Positions 23,791 to 37,770 of a DNA stretch of 64,000 nucleotides are shown piece after piece (the first letter of the stretch is position 1; each line of letters opens with the position of its first letter). The position numbers and the translations under genes are program-made. The notes beneath the pieces were generated by a model. That model saw only the letters and a program-made list of their open reading frames with translations. It was not told the origin of the DNA and did no database searches. Source of the DNA: Octopus bimaculoides (Eukaryota); assembly GCF_001194135.2 (NCBI RefSeq), contig NC_069001.1, forward strand, positions 25,644,898-25,708,897, in the 5' to 3' direction.

Positions 23791-25691
23791 CCTGAGCGTG
23801 TGTTCACGTTTGTGTATACTTATAATGGTATAGGTATATATCTGTGATGTATATACGTATGAGTATATATTGGCTGAAATGTTTATAGCTTACGATAAAT
23901 AAGTGTATGATGGAATTTTACAGTTTTTCAGAAGCTATAAACATAAAATTCAGTTGAACGATCATTCGATGCAAAGAATCATGTTATTTATTACATAAGT
24001 GTTATAGTTTATATATACAATAAACATTTTTATAAAATAATATTCATTTTTTATTTTATTTTTGAAAGAACGACTTTAGAACGAAATATATATCTTTAAA
24101 TTTGATGCATATACGTGCGTGTTCGTGTAGGAACAACCGAAGACGTATTAATTTCTGAGTGGGAAGAAATCCGCCCTCCAACCTCAGTATTTCTGTTTGA
24201 AGGCCATATATATATCTGTTATATTTTATCTTTTATTTGTTGAAGTCATTATTAGACAGCAGCCATGCTGGGGCACTGCCCTGAAGAAAGTTTAGCCGAA
24301 TGAATCGTTCCTAGTACATTTTTAAAGGTACTTTCTCTATCGATCTGTTTTGCCGAAACGCTAATTTACAAGGATCTAAATACAGTAAGACCTGTTCTCA
24401 AGCAATAGTTGGGGACACACACGGACACAAAGACGCGCACGCTCGTTGACATACACATGTACACACACATATGCGCACACACACACACACACACATGCAC
24501 ACACGAGTGAGTGGACAAATGAAAGAAGGGCACTCAACTGTTTTGAACCATATATATATATATATATATATATANNNNNNNNNNNNNNNNNNNNNNNNNN
24601 NNNNNNNNNNNNNNNNNNNNNNNNNNNNNNNNNNNNNNNNNNNNNNNNNNNNNNNNNNNNNNNNNNNNNNNNNNNNNNNNNNNNNNNNNNNNNNNNNNNN
24701 NNNNNNNNNNNNNNNNNNNNNNNNNNNNNNNNNNNNNNNNNNNNNNNNNNNNNNNNNNNNNNNNNNNNNNNNNNNNNNNNNNNNNNNNNNNNNNNNNNNN
24801 NNNNNNNNNNNNNNNNNNNNNNNNNNNNNNNNNNNNNNNNNNNNNNNNNNNNNNNNNNNNNNNNNNNNNNNNNNNNNNNNNNNNNNNNNNNNNNNNNNNN
24901 NNNNNNNNNNNNNNNNNNNNNNNNNNNNNNNNNNNNNNNNNNNNNNNNNNNNNNNNNNNNNNNNNNNNNNNNNNNNNNNNNNNNNNNNNNNNNNNNNNNN
25001 NNNNNNNNNNNNNNNNNNNNNNNNNNNNNNNNNNNNNNNNNNNNNNNNNNNNNNNNNNNNNNNNNNNNNNNNNNNNNNNNNNNNNNNNNNNNNNNNNNNN
25101 NNNNNNNNNNNNNNNNNNNNNNNNNNNNNNNNNNNNNNNNNNNNNNNNNNNNNNNNNNNNNNNNNNNNNNNNNNNNNNNNNNNNNNNNNNNNNNNNNNNN
25201 NNNNNNNNNNNNNNNNNNNNNNNNNNNNNNNNNNNNNNNNNNNNNNNNNNNNNNNNNNNNNNNNNNNNNNNNNNNNNNNNNNNNNNNNNNNNNNNNNNNN
25301 NNNNNNNNNNNNNNNNNNNNNNNNNNNNNNNNNNNNNNNNNNNNNNNNNNNNNNNNNNNNNNNNNNNNNNNNNNNNNNNNNNNNNNNNNNNNNNNNNNNN
25401 NNNNNNNNNNNNNNNNNNNNNNNNNNNNNNNNNNNNNNNNNNNNNNNNNNNNNNNNNNNNNNNNNNNNNNNNNNNNNNNNNNNNNNNNNNNNNNNNNNNN
25501 NNNNNNNNNNNNATATAGATATACACACACACGAATCACAATGTGTGTATTTGTTTTTTTTTAGTATGGGTACATAGTTTTAACGACAATGGTGAATGTA
25601 AAATTACTACAATATTTTGGTGTGAGGATGTAAAATAGAAATCTTTGAGGTTACATAAATGATTCCTAAACGTTATGAATATGTTAAAGTA

Positions 25692-25742
25692 GCTTATTCA
25701 CTGAATTGTAGGCTTATTCACTGAATTGTAGGCTTATTCACT
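25692..25742. repeat. 20-bp tandem repeat, 2.5 copies
   Basis: Unit gcttattcactgaattgtag, two identical copies plus a partial third. Confidence 0.9.
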
Positions 25743-27289
25743 TGTGACTGCATATTTTCTCCTGTCCTCAGATCATCATATTCTCCATTGCTCAGCGCCG
25801 TGTCAATTTTAAAGAATGTTTTACTGTATAGATTACGTACGCTTTCCGTGTTTATTTGAATTGACTCGGCTTAAGGCATTCGATTAATCTCTTTTCGGAT
25901 GCAGATAATTTAAATAATTTAAGATTTTATATTCTATCATATACAATAATTCAAGATTTTATATTCTATTATATATATGTCTGCATCATTATTGGTGCAT
26001 TACGGCAACTGAATTATCTCCGATAGCAAAAGTTTTCCCTATTTGCATTTAATTAATAAATTATTTGAATACGTTTTAATTATTTAAATCAGTTCGTAAG
26101 TATTTTAGTTGTTTCTATCAGTGCACATAAAAACACGCAACACGAATGAAATCGCAAGCTCTGTTTTCTTGTCTGTAAACCCCGTAACTAGAGTGTATCT
26201 ATGCCAACGTTGTATATAATACAATATCAACTAAACCTACTTCATATATTGGATGAAGCTGTCCTTGACTGTTTTGCCTGGAAACCAGTCGCTGTGATGA
26301 TGGCTGGAACATTTTTGATCATAAGTCTTTCATCATAGCATTTTGAACAAAAGTCTTTGATCACAGGTTTTTGATCATACTTCTTTTATCATAAACTATT
26401 GATTGTAAGCTAACATGGGGATGAATATAATCAACAGCATCACTTATTAAGTACCCTCTTCTAAGTGCAGTATATAGTTATGTGGACCCCTAACTCTATA
26501 ATTATTGAATATAAATTATAGAAAGGAATTTCTCTCTCCTCTTTGAAAAGGATTAGTACAAGAATTACCGCTGCTTCACATGATATACATAAATAAGAAT
26601 TAAATAAAAAAAATATTACAATATACATTTAGTAAACGGACGAAATGGTGCTAGCACTGCTGTGTGATTAAGTGTTTCGTTTCGCAACTTTAGGATTCAT
26701 GGGTCAATCGCACAACACCTTGATCAGGTCGATTCTCATATAATTTCTCATGGAAAAAATGTACGAATGGTAATTTATTGACAAACATTCAGCAATAGCT
26801 CTCGTACTTACGCATACACACATACGTTTATATANNNNNNNNNNNNNNNNNNNNNNNNNNNNNNNNNNNNNNNNNNNNNNNNNNNNNNNNNNNNATAATT
26901 CGCAGATGAAATCCAGATATTTTCTTAGTAGTGCTAAAAATATTCAAACTTATACTCCGATATCTTTAGAGGAGATCATTCCACGAGGTTAAGAAATGCT
27001 ATAAGAGGGATCGGATTGAGTGGGTATAGGAGCAATTATGGGGATAAACAAATTTGACACATCAGATATATATAAAATATATTAAGTACATCAGTTACAA
27101 AATATGTACATTTGTATACATGCAAAACGAGAGAAATCAAAAGGTGGAGACTTTCAGATGACGAATCGATACATATTTGTAACGCCCTTGCAGTGCCACG
27201 TAAAAGCACACAGCACACTCTTTAAAGTCGTTTGCATTAGGATGGGCATCTAGGCGTAAAAAAACATGCCTCCTAGAAATGGGGCCACA

Positions 27290-28110
27290 AGAGATGTTGC
27301 TGAAATAGATAGGTGGGATTGACTGATGAAAGGGATCTTAAAACAAAAGAGACCGACAACACTATACTGGCAGTGCAGAACCAAGCTCTAGCCACAAACT
27401 GGAGGGCCAACCTTAGGTATGAGCAATTGTGTCGGCTGTGCCACATCTCCCACAGAGTGGATGAAACCATTGCCCATATGATAAACGAATACTGTAGATA
27501 CGCACAAGTTGTGGGGACAGGACGAAGTAGTGAAAGTGTTACATTGGAAGCTGTGCAGAAAGTGGGAGCTAGAGGGAGAGGCAAGACGGTATGGGAACAA
27601 ATGGCAGAGAGTGGCAGGGTCGGAGGCTAGAAAAATTATCTGGGATTTCCCAACCCAAACAGATCAGGTGCTAGAGCATAACAGACCGGACCTAGTGGTG
27701 GCGGAGAAGGTGCACCACATATGCTATATAATTGACGTTGCATGCTCCTTCGACCCATGAACAGTCAAGAAAGAAAGCGAAAAGATAGATAAATAGATAC
27801 AACCCTCTTACGTACGAAATTGGCAGGCTATGGAAAATGAAGGTGAAGATTGTGCCAATTATCTTTTGGCCCTGGGGAACAGTATAAAAAAAAACATCAA
27901 AAGGAATATAAAGGAAATTGGAATAGAATTTCCAGTAGAACTGTTACAAAAGATTTACCCCCTTGGCACGGTCAGAATAATCAGAAAAGTATTAGATAGC
28001 TAAGGAGAACGAAGAGCAAGGTACCGTAGTCTGCAGGTAGTAAGCCTACAACGCGTGTAAGACTCTAGGAGATCAAACAGAACATGTGATAGAGATTAAT
28101 AATAATAAGG
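27290..28110 (+). mobile_element. 5'-truncated R4/Dong-like LINE (zinc knuckle, RLE, 3'UTR)
   Basis: CRLCHISHRVDETIAHMINEYC (CCHC-type knuckle), KVLHWKLC, KIIWDFPTQTDQVLEHNRPDLVV and IIDVACSFD. Ends in aataataataa at about 28097-28110. Confidence 0.92.
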
Positions 28111-28699
28111 AGGAGAATGAAGGAGGAGGAGGAGAAGAAAACATGAAATAACAACACAGATGTGCTACACCAGGCTCTCCGTTCAAAAACAAATCTAATC
28201 TAATAGCATTGGTGGAATGGGATAAAGGAACCTGTAGGAGATTTGAAGGAAGCGGTCTTTCAACGAAAAACATCACAAAAACAAAATTTTATTGCCATAC
28301 GAAGCACAGTTTCTCCTATGCACAAAGTCTCAATGAAGCATGTGCGAAATCAACACCGGAAAGTTTACAAACTATAAAATATAAATGGAACAAAACAGTA
28401 AGTACATAAATTGAGTAATTACGAATACACTCGAATGTCTTCACAAACCTATATGTATTTCAATACCCATAGGACTACACATACATCCTAATGTTTACAC
28501 AACTACGTGAAATTTACAGGACACGCATACACGCATGTGAAAACATGTGACACAAAGAAAAAGAGAAAATAAAAACAATTTTTATTTTTCGAACTAACAC
28601 AGTGAACAATTCATAAGTTTAAACATACCACACAAGAAAAGAAACTATGCAGGAGATAGATCTATCAACAAAAAAAAAAAAAATTACAGATGAATTACA

Positions 28700-31410
28700 G
28701 ATCTGTTAGCCTTAAGAAGCTACGTTACGAGCAATGTTTATATGCAGAAAATTCGGAGACATTGTTGTCTCAAAAAATTAACCTTAAACAGACAGGTCCG
28801 TCCCCTAATGTCAACGTCCAAGCTCGTCATGCCTCAATGATAACAAAGCAACATATAAACCGGATAGGTCGTCACCAAGGATCGCGTAGTCGAATGATGA
28901 ACCATATTCTATACGAAAAATCAGCTACTCGTTCAAATCTTCCCTGAATACAAAAGCTGGAAGTACCCCACAACCAACAGATGGCCATCTATGCTCGTCA
29001 TTAAATAACCAAAAGAAATAGAATGAAAAGTGGTCAAGGGGAAATAATAAAGAAGTTCTTGAGGCCTTGTATCATGCCATGTATTTCCCCATGGATAAAT
29101 CTAATATTGTACTAACCTACCTAAACTGGAGACAGAAACACCTTGAAGTAAGACACTACACAAACATCAGAAGAAATGTTATAAAAAGAGAAATTACTAA
29201 CTGAATTAGAGACCGACCAAAATAAACAATCGCTAAGGGATCACAGGAACGAAGATACAGCTAAAGAAGATGTAGAAAGAGTTAATGTAACTGATAAGCA
29301 AAGTGAAATACTCGCTGAACCGACCATAAATACCCAGGCAGCTGAAAATCAAATAGATGAAGAACGTCACAGAGAAATTGGCCCAACAGAACTACATGAT
29401 CTAAAAAATCAAATCATGATTGAATGGCTGAAAATTAAAGAAACCACTATGAAAGAACGCGACACTCTCCGAAAAATTCGCTAGTCTAACCAAAACCTGA
29501 AAAATAATTAGTAAAATACGCCTTGGACTTAAGGAAATATTTTCAGCTAATGAGGTTCATATTACAGATCTCAACCACCTGTACTATGCATCCACGAATA
29601 TCTCAACGATACTATGCGGTGAAAAGATTAGAAAACGACAATTTTCTCACAAAAAAAGCCTACTTGGCAAGAGCGTATTCAATACCAAATTCAGCAACTT
29701 AGGTCTCACATAGAATGTTTGAAGCACCTTAGGTTTGACAAGACTATAAACCAACGAAAATTTTAAAATTAAAAAAAAAATATATGAAAACCATATTTGA
29801 CATCGATACAACCATAGAGACCATCAAGCGAAAGGTACGTTCTAAATCTGCCTGCATGGAACGGTATGAAATAGCGTTAGATTCTTCAAGGACAACAACA
29901 TGTTGAAAAATAACCCAAAGAATGTTGACAGAAAGATAGGGAAAAATACCAGTTACATTGAAGTCTGTCCCGTCAAAAAAAGTGCAGGAATTTCGGAATA
30001 AAATTTGGGCAGAAGAACAAAGACAGAATGAAAAGTCCCCTTGGATTAATAGAATATCTACAAACATAGACACTCTAGAAGAGCAAAGGTGGGAGGGTAT
30101 CAAGGTAGAGGATGTGAGATTAGCTCTCATGAAGTCAATCAAATTGAAGTCTCCGGGAAACGATAAAATTCCTAACTTCTGGCTGAATGCCTTCCCAGAT
30201 AGCCATGGACTGCAAACAAACTTTTACTACAATATTTTGCAACAACCAAGTACGATTCCCTCTTTACTAGTTAATAGTGTAACGTTCTTACTGCCAAAAA
30301 ATGAAGAAGCAAATGAACCAAATTAAATTATAGACCCATAACCTGCTTAACAGCAATATATAAAATATTAACATCAGTCTTGACTGAATATACCTATAGC
30401 TTTTTAATAGAAAGTGGTATATTCCTTAATGAACAAAAACAATGTAAAAGTGGGTGCTATGGTTTTAACGATCAGTAACTCATCAATAAGATGAACTTGG
30501 AAGATTGTCACAAACGACACAAAAACTTTTTAATAAACTGGATAGACTTTAAAAAAGCTTTTGTTAGTCTACCACAGCTAGATTACGAAATGTATAAAAT
30601 ATCAACTACTCTGCGAAACTTCTTAGTTGTATGTATGAGATCCTTGAGAACCTCACTGAGTTTGAACAGTGACAATGAATCTCTCAATGCTGGAGATGTA
30701 AGAATTTCGTGTAAGCATGTAAGATGTAAGAATTTCATTTTTCATGTAAGATGTAAGAATTTCATTTTTCCAGAGTTACTCTATCACCACCTTTCTTTTG
30801 TCTAGCCTTCGAACTTCTCTCGAAATTGTTCAATGATGTACAATACAGTTATAAAATGTTTGATAGAAGTATAAATTATCTCATTTACTTGGATGGTTTA
30901 AAACTCTTTGAAAAAGCGACGAACACCTGCAGTGTTTACTAGCGACTGTCAAACAATTCAGTGATGATAGGATGCAATTTGGCCTCGATAAATATGCAAA
31001 AGCTACGTTTATCAAAGGAAAAATGATAGAAACATCCAACGTTAATCTTCACCAGCAGAATGTGATAATGGAATGGTAGCAAAAGGGACTGATTGTTACC
31101 TAGCTTAGATATCAGGAAACCCCAAAATGGCAAAAATTCAAAAGATAGTGGTCATCGGAACTGACCATATCCTACGTAAAATACTGTCTGTTAACTCGCA
31201 TTTTAAAACAAACTTATAATTTTCTTGTTTTCTTAAACATTCTCTAGAACAATACTACGTACAAAACCAAATATATGACACTCTAGGCATAACACCAACA
31301 TGAACTTCTAACTTGCTGTCTCTTGAGGTCTCCGGATGAGACTTGGAGCCAACTTGTAGAAACACAAAGCAACAGTCAAACATATAATAATACTAATCAT
31401 AATAATAATA
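28700..31410 (+). mobile_element. Long R4/Dong-like LINE relic with large internal deletion
   Basis: KSPGNDKIPNFWL, TFLLPK, YRPITCL and WIDFKKAF RT motifs. The end of the RT is fused at about 31070 to the C-terminal IQKIVVIGTDHILRKILS. An (AAT/GAT)n tail starts at about 31385. The 5' boundary is approximate. Confidence 0.85.
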
Positions 31411-31699
31411 ACGATGATGATGATAATAATAGTCATAATGATAATAATAATAATAATTATGATAATAATATATACATATATATGTGTGTGTGTGCATAAA
31501 ATTGTACATGTACACAAATTACTCTGCATTATAGTTACAATATATGACCTGGACCTAGGGGACAATTATCTGATGGTTTTCATTTACATAAGTCATTTCC
31601 AGAATGATATTTGTATGTACATCGAGCGCAATATGTTCAATATATGAAACAAGCCAACGGCAAATTCAGTTTCAATACAATGTTCGCACAACCAGCCAC

Positions 31700-31984
31700 G
31701 CAAATATTGGAAAGGAATTAACTCTAAACAGCGGTTTTTATTGATATACGCTTTCCAGACAATCTCTACAAATTTTTCGCTTTTGTTTTCCCGGACATGC
31801 AGTCATATAAAAAAAGACTTCATAGAATGTTGTCGTCCTCGTTGTATCTCTATAAATGGAAGTCTCTCTTCTCGGTATAGAAAATAAAGTATGAGTGTAA
31901 TTTAGGGGCGTGAAAGCTGGTTCGGGCAAATTGGCCGTGATTATATTGGCGCGTGTACATGTGCAATCAAGTGTGCATCCATTC

Positions 31985-32024
<40 letters not shown>

Positions 32025-33410
32025 GTGTGTGTGTGTGTGTGTGGTGGGGGTGTAATGGGTAAAAATAAACGTGTATAAAATTACACTCTTCATTTGTGAA
32101 GGATTCAAAAAGAGTTTGCATTTTCTGATGAAATACGATACTTTGCTATTGCGCTGATTATAGGTTGCATCGCCCCTAAATTTACAGAGGGGAAAATTCT
32201 GAAGCTTGGTTGTTCGTTCGTGGTGCAAAGGTCGATGCGTTCTCTGAATGCCATTTTTCTGTATTCTGAATGCTATTTTTCTGTATTATGAATGCTATTT
32301 TTCTGTATTCCGAATATTGATCAGGCATCTACGTAGAGTCGTTCTTTGACGTAAATCGCTTTTAGTTTGGCTTATATATTGCTCCCGACACCCTGAGCAA
32401 GTTTATACATATATTAGATTTTCCGAAGCACACGTGAAGTTGTTTTTCACTGTAAAACACTGAGCCTGTTTGAAAGAGAACTCTTTCTGATCCCTCAATT
32501 AGGTTGACCACAGTTAGGTGTTCCGCATTTTTTAACTGACGGTTTCAGTGTTGTTGTCGAGTGTACTTGGGCTTGTGTTAGGAGACTTTTCATAGATTTG
32601 GGTTGTCTTTTGCTTTTTATGATGCCGTGCGTTTGGAGGATTAAATTGATTCTCTGCTCCCTTTTTAGTGGGGGATGTTCTAGAGGATGGTGTCGAACGC
32701 TGCATTGTTAAGGGGGTTGTGTGTAGAGATGTATGGTAGGGCTCTTGTTTTTAAATGCTTCTTTAGTTTGGACTGTCTGACTTCGTGGATGTTGCGATGT
32801 AGGGCACGTTGAAGGTCTATATCAACTAGTGATGTTGGATAGTTCCTGGTAATGAGTCTATCCTTTAATTTATGTAGTCGTGTGTCCCTTGTGTCTGTAT
32901 TAGAGACCATATTACAAATCCTTTTTGCTAGGTTTAAGGGGATATTCATTCAAGTGTGTCTGGGGTGGCATGAGTTGAACGGTAGATATTGCTTGGAGTC
33001 CGTGGGCTTATAGTATATATCTGTTTCTATTTCGTTATTACACTTCTTAATGAGGATGTCGAGGAATGGAAGTTCTTGATGGCTATATTCCATTGTAAAT
33101 TGAATGTTAATGCCCAGTCCATTTATAAGTGCTTGAAATTCTTTAAGTCTCTCTATCCTTTCATGCAAAAGAATGAATCAGTCATCGTGATACCTTTTCC
33201 AGTTATTTTCTATGTAGAGGGAGAATTGGTTGCTGTATTTTTCTAGTATCTTACGATAAAGACTGATTAGTAGATATCCCATGACTAGGTTAGCAAAGTG
33301 GGGCATTATTCTCGTCCCCATCGATGTCCCTGATTTTGTCGATAGAAGTTGTCTTTGAAGACAAAGAAATTATTGTCCAAGATGAATTTTAGCCCTTCTG
33401 TTACAAATTC
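31700..33410 (-). mobile_element. Penelope-like element (RT and GIY-YIG endonuclease), 5'-truncated and frameshifted
   Basis: LKFILDNNFF, GTSMGT...FANLVMGY, IQFTMEYS..LPFLD, IYYKPTDSKQYLPFNSCHP and FTCASENLIYV*TCSGCREQYISQT (GIY-YIG). The 3' boundary beyond the microsatellite at 31985-32045 is uncertain. Confidence 0.9.
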
Positions 33411-33493
33411 ACAAACCCATGCACAAAGACACACAAATACATTCACCCCACCACATATATACATATACATGAACGTATGCAGACATGTATGTT

Positions 33494-33529
<36 letters not shown>

Positions 33530-34032
33530 NNNNNNNNNNNNNNNNNNNNNNNNNNNNNNNNNNNNNNNNNNNNNNNNNNNNNNNNNNNNNNNNNNNNNNN
33601 NNNNNNNNNNNNNNNNNNNNNNNNNNNNNNNNNNNNNNNNNNNNNNNNNNNNNNNNNNNNNNNNNNNNNNNNNNNNNNNNNNNNNNNNNNNNNNNNNNNN
33701 NNNNNNNNNNNNNNNNNNNNNNNNNNNNNNNNNNNNNNNNNNNNNNNNNNNNNNNNNNNNNNNNNNNNNNNNNNNNNNNNNNNNNNNNNNNNNNNNNNNN
33801 NNNNNNNNNNNNNNNNNNNNNNNNNNNNNNNNNNNNNNNNNNNNNNNNNNNNNNNNNNNNNNNNNNNNNNNNNNNNNNNNNNNNNNNNNNNNNNNNNNNN
33901 NNNNNNNNNNNNNNNNNNNNNNNNNNNNNNNNNNNNNNNNNNNNNNNNNNNNNNNNNNNNNNNNNNNNNNNNNNNNNNNNNNNNNNNNNNNNNNNNNNNN
34001 NNNNNNNNNNNNNNNNNNNNNNNNNNNNNNNN

Positions 34033-34179
34033 GTTTTTCTCCTTGTCTCCGTATTCTTTCTGTTGAAGAGCGTAGCTCGAAACGTCAAAGACTTTCCGTA
34101 TTCCCGAGCGTCATACTAATATATACTTTTGTTATTTACACCACCTGTCCTCGTCTGTTGTTATTTTTTGTATATTCTC

Positions 34180-34180
<1 letters not shown>
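34033..34180 (+). mobile_element. Short repeat, probable Penelope pLTR fragment ending in (AT)n
   Basis: Homologous to 42655-42805 (reverse strand), carries a hammerhead-like motif and lies across a gap from the Penelope ORF. Confidence 0.7.
34055..34091 (+). ncRNA. Minimal type I hammerhead ribozyme-like motif (non-canonical core, dimer-type stem III)
   Basis: UCUUU-CUGUUGA-A-GAGC(gua)GCUC-GAAA-CGUC-AAAGA: 5-bp stem I, 4-bp stem II, self-complementary ACGU stem III and a GUC site. Confidence 0.7.
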
Positions 34181-34217
<37 letters not shown>

Positions 34218-35573
34218 GTTTTTGTAAGCGTGGTGATTTCGAAACCTCAATCATATCGGAAGACATTTCTCCATTCTATCTAGCTGTGTGTTGGAACTAG
34301 GACGAGGTTTATAGCGATCCATGCATCTTAACTTATCTGTCATGTTTAAATTTCCACAGCAGCCATCAGGGCCGAGAATACAGGTCTTTAGTTCTCTCGT
34401 TATATATGTCCTGTTCTATATGTCTGCACTTGTGTATATGTATACGTTTGTCTCTCGATGTCTGAATATGCATCTTCATTTCATCCGAATTACAAAAGCT
34501 CACAGCATGTCTGCCACATGCCTGCAAATACATGAAATCGTAGCCATACCTTTTTGTAGTTTTTCTTCGTTGCATATTAAGCTATAATATTGCGGCGTAA
34601 CGATATGACATCATGGAATTGTTAATCCGTTTCTCCTCCCCATCCGTTTAGCCACCATATCCTAAATGCAGCGGCAACAAGAACACGAAGAACAACTGGT
34701 TCCTAATATTAATGTGAACCCATGTAAACCATTCACTCTCTTTCTGTATTATAATATATTTCTGAACACGTAGCAAGTGATCCGTCTTTGCATAATTATT
34801 TCTTTATTTTTCTCCCTCCTTGCAGCGTACATCAGTTGTTTTGACGTATCAACCTGCGTGTTAAGCGATTCAAATAGTAAGCCTTTGGCTCTCTTCACAG
34901 ACACTACTTTTGTAATGCAGATAGCATTTAATTTTTTTTTTATTTGTTCTTGGTTAGCATCCCGTTTGATAAAGTTTTTTTATTCTTATTTACTTTTGTT
35001 ATTTTGTTTCTGTAATGGACCAATTCTCAGATCTATATAGGTGAATTAATATTAATAAGCTGTTGAAATCTATTTGTGTCTGTGTCGAGTGATAATGTAT
35101 CGTTTCTCTGAACGTCATCAACACCACAGAAAAACCAAAGTAGATTCATGTAAATCTTTGCTTTTAAGCTGCAAGATATTTTCCCATAAATATTAAAAAG
35201 CCGACAAGAGTGTTGAATGGCGGATTGGGTAGACTGTCAGGTGGAATGCCTTGTGGTATAACGTTAGGTGCTTTTTACGTTGCATATTCCAATCCGGAGA
35301 AGATTGACCCTGTCTCACATTCATCCGGAGGTGATTGAAATAGTAAGCTGAACGTGTATATGCAAAATTGTATGGATGTCTGTATGTAATATATATGTAT
35401 GTGCGTCCATGCGTGTGTATGTTTGTATAAATATATGGACATATATACAGATATATAGATGTGTGTTTATAAAGATGCATATATACATTGACATATATAT
35501 GTCTGCGTTAATACTGGCATGTTCATATATACACAAATGAATGTATCGATATGCGTAGATGTATGTATGTATG

Positions 35574-35612
<39 letters not shown>

Positions 35613-36746
35613 TCTATGTGTGTTTATGTGTGGTTACTTCGTTTTTCTGTATGGCTCCATCTGTAAGTGATTGACGGTGTTTGGAACTTTTACCAGTTTT
35701 TATCTGTAAAAGAATTAAACATCGGTGTGAAATCAGAAAAATCAGCAATCTTTGATATCTGTTAGAGTGTTTGTTCTGCGCTACATGACAAACACACCAT
35801 TATCGACCTCGCTGTCAGAAACACAATGAAACTGTGTGTGACCCGTTGAAAACCTGTAACTAACGACGTTATTGTTCACAATTTACGATATGAACGAAAT
35901 AAAATAATCATGTTCGAAGTTGATTTATCTACATCCCTCTCCACTCTCAGCTCTCATTGTAGTACAATTGTTACACTGATTCGTATTTAATATTAAATAT
36001 CCTTCCAGAATACATGTGCGCTGACGAAGACCTTTATCTTCATCTATCTGGCTTCTCATTTATAATTCCTTAGGAAAATAAAATCGATTTTCTGCTTCAT
36101 GATACAATAAAGACGATTAGTGTACGTCTATTTATTTATTTATATATTAATATATTTATTTAATTCAGAACAGCATATGTCAACAATAGCTGCGAAGATT
36201 ACGGGTTTCTAATGGGCTAATCTCGGTGTGAGATATTAAAATGTTCTCGAATTCAATGGGAAACCAACATCGTAAGGGGATATATGCATTATCACCGGAT
36301 TTTATGATTATCAGCATAGATTCTATGTTTTCTCTGATAAATATCGTTGTAAATTTCACGCCTCATCCTATATAGACACAGAGGCTGATACACGGACAAT
36401 CCCAACTCGTGTGCATGCACAGTTGTCTCCCCCACTCNNNNNNNNNNNNNNNNNNNNNNNNNNNNNNNNNNNNNNNNNNNNNNNNNNNNNNNNNNNNNNN
36501 NNNNNNNNNNNNNNNNNNNNNNNNNNNNNNNNNNNNNNNNNNNNNNNNNNNNNNNNNNNNNNNNNNNNNNNNNNNNNNNNNNNNNNNNNNNNNNNNNNNN
36601 NNNNNNNNNNNNNNNNNNNNNNNNNNNNNNNNNNNNNNNNNNNNNNNNNNNNNNNNNNNNNNNNNNNNNNNNNNNNNNNNNNNNNNNNNNNNNNNNNNNN
36701 NNNNNNNNNNNNNNNNNNNNNNNNNNNNNNNNNNNNNNNNNNNNNN

Positions 36747-36788
<42 letters not shown>

Positions 36789-36987
36789 CATGCACAAGAA
36801 TAAATGTTTGTGTGTAGAAAATGTGTATGAGGACAGGGACGATAGATGGCGGAGGGGGAATATAAGTATTATGTACGCATAACAAGAAATAAAAGTGCAT
36901 ATCCTGCCTAGAATCGAAATTTTCTAATTAAGTAAGCAGTAAATTTATACTGACTCTCTGACACACTTTTTTTCGTTATATAAACAT

Positions 36988-37369
36988 GGCCGTGTTGTTA
37001 AAAGCTTGCTTCCCAATCATATGGCTCCGGGTTCAGTCCCACTGCGTGGCACCTCGGGTCAACCAAAGCCTTGTGACTGGATTCGGTAGACGGAAATTGA
37101 AAGAAACCCATCGCGTATATATATATATATATATATATACAATCCTAAAATGAAGAACACTTTTGACCAGCAAACAAATTGAAGCACACCACGTCTGATT
37201 ATTTAAATTTGATTCCTGACAGACTGTTCTTTGATAATGTTGTCACTTGTAGCCTATGAGCATAGCGTGCCTGCATCCCCATGGCCAGGGTTCTGCACAG
37301 GTAGTTGATAAAGATAGTAAATATTGATACTATTATTCCTTAGTCCGTTACTACAACCACTAACTGGGC

Positions 37370-37455
<86 letters not shown>

Positions 37456-37468
37456 ACGCGCGCGCGCA

Positions 37469-37548
<80 letters not shown>

Positions 37549-37770
37549 TGTGTGTTTACGTGCGTCAGTATCTTTGTTTTTGTTCCCCCATTAACTCTTC
37601 ACAACCGGCGCGTATGTGTTTACGTCCCCGTAACTTAGCTCCCCTCACGAGAGCTCGTTTGAATAAGTACCACACTTCAAAAAAGTCCTCCGATACATTC
37701 GTTCGACTGAAATTGTTCAAGGCGCTGCCTCAGCATGGCTGTTGTCTAATGGCCGAAACAAGTAAAAGAT
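36988..37770 (+). mobile_element. SINE family B halves (36988-37115 and 37556-37770) separated by other sequence and (CT)n(CA)n
   Basis: Both halves match other family B copies; they may be one interrupted copy or two partial copies. Confidence 0.75.

Noticed and set aside
24376-25577. Longest ORFs in the track (330-390 aa), and similar ones near 33306-34283, 36292-36900 and 42269-42714
   Set aside because: They are N-gap runs plus microsatellite translations (X, YI, HT, CV), not genes.
26300-26410. Recurring tttgatcata words resembling a repeat-spacer array
   Set aside because: Degenerate short-period repeat without constant repeats or unique spacers; not CRISPR-like, and the context is eukaryotic.
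34826-34876. 51-nt plus-strand exon-like segment (YISCFDVSTCVLSDSN) with acceptor and GTAAGC donor
   Set aside because: Isolated, with no homology or partner exons identified, so it is compatible with chance.
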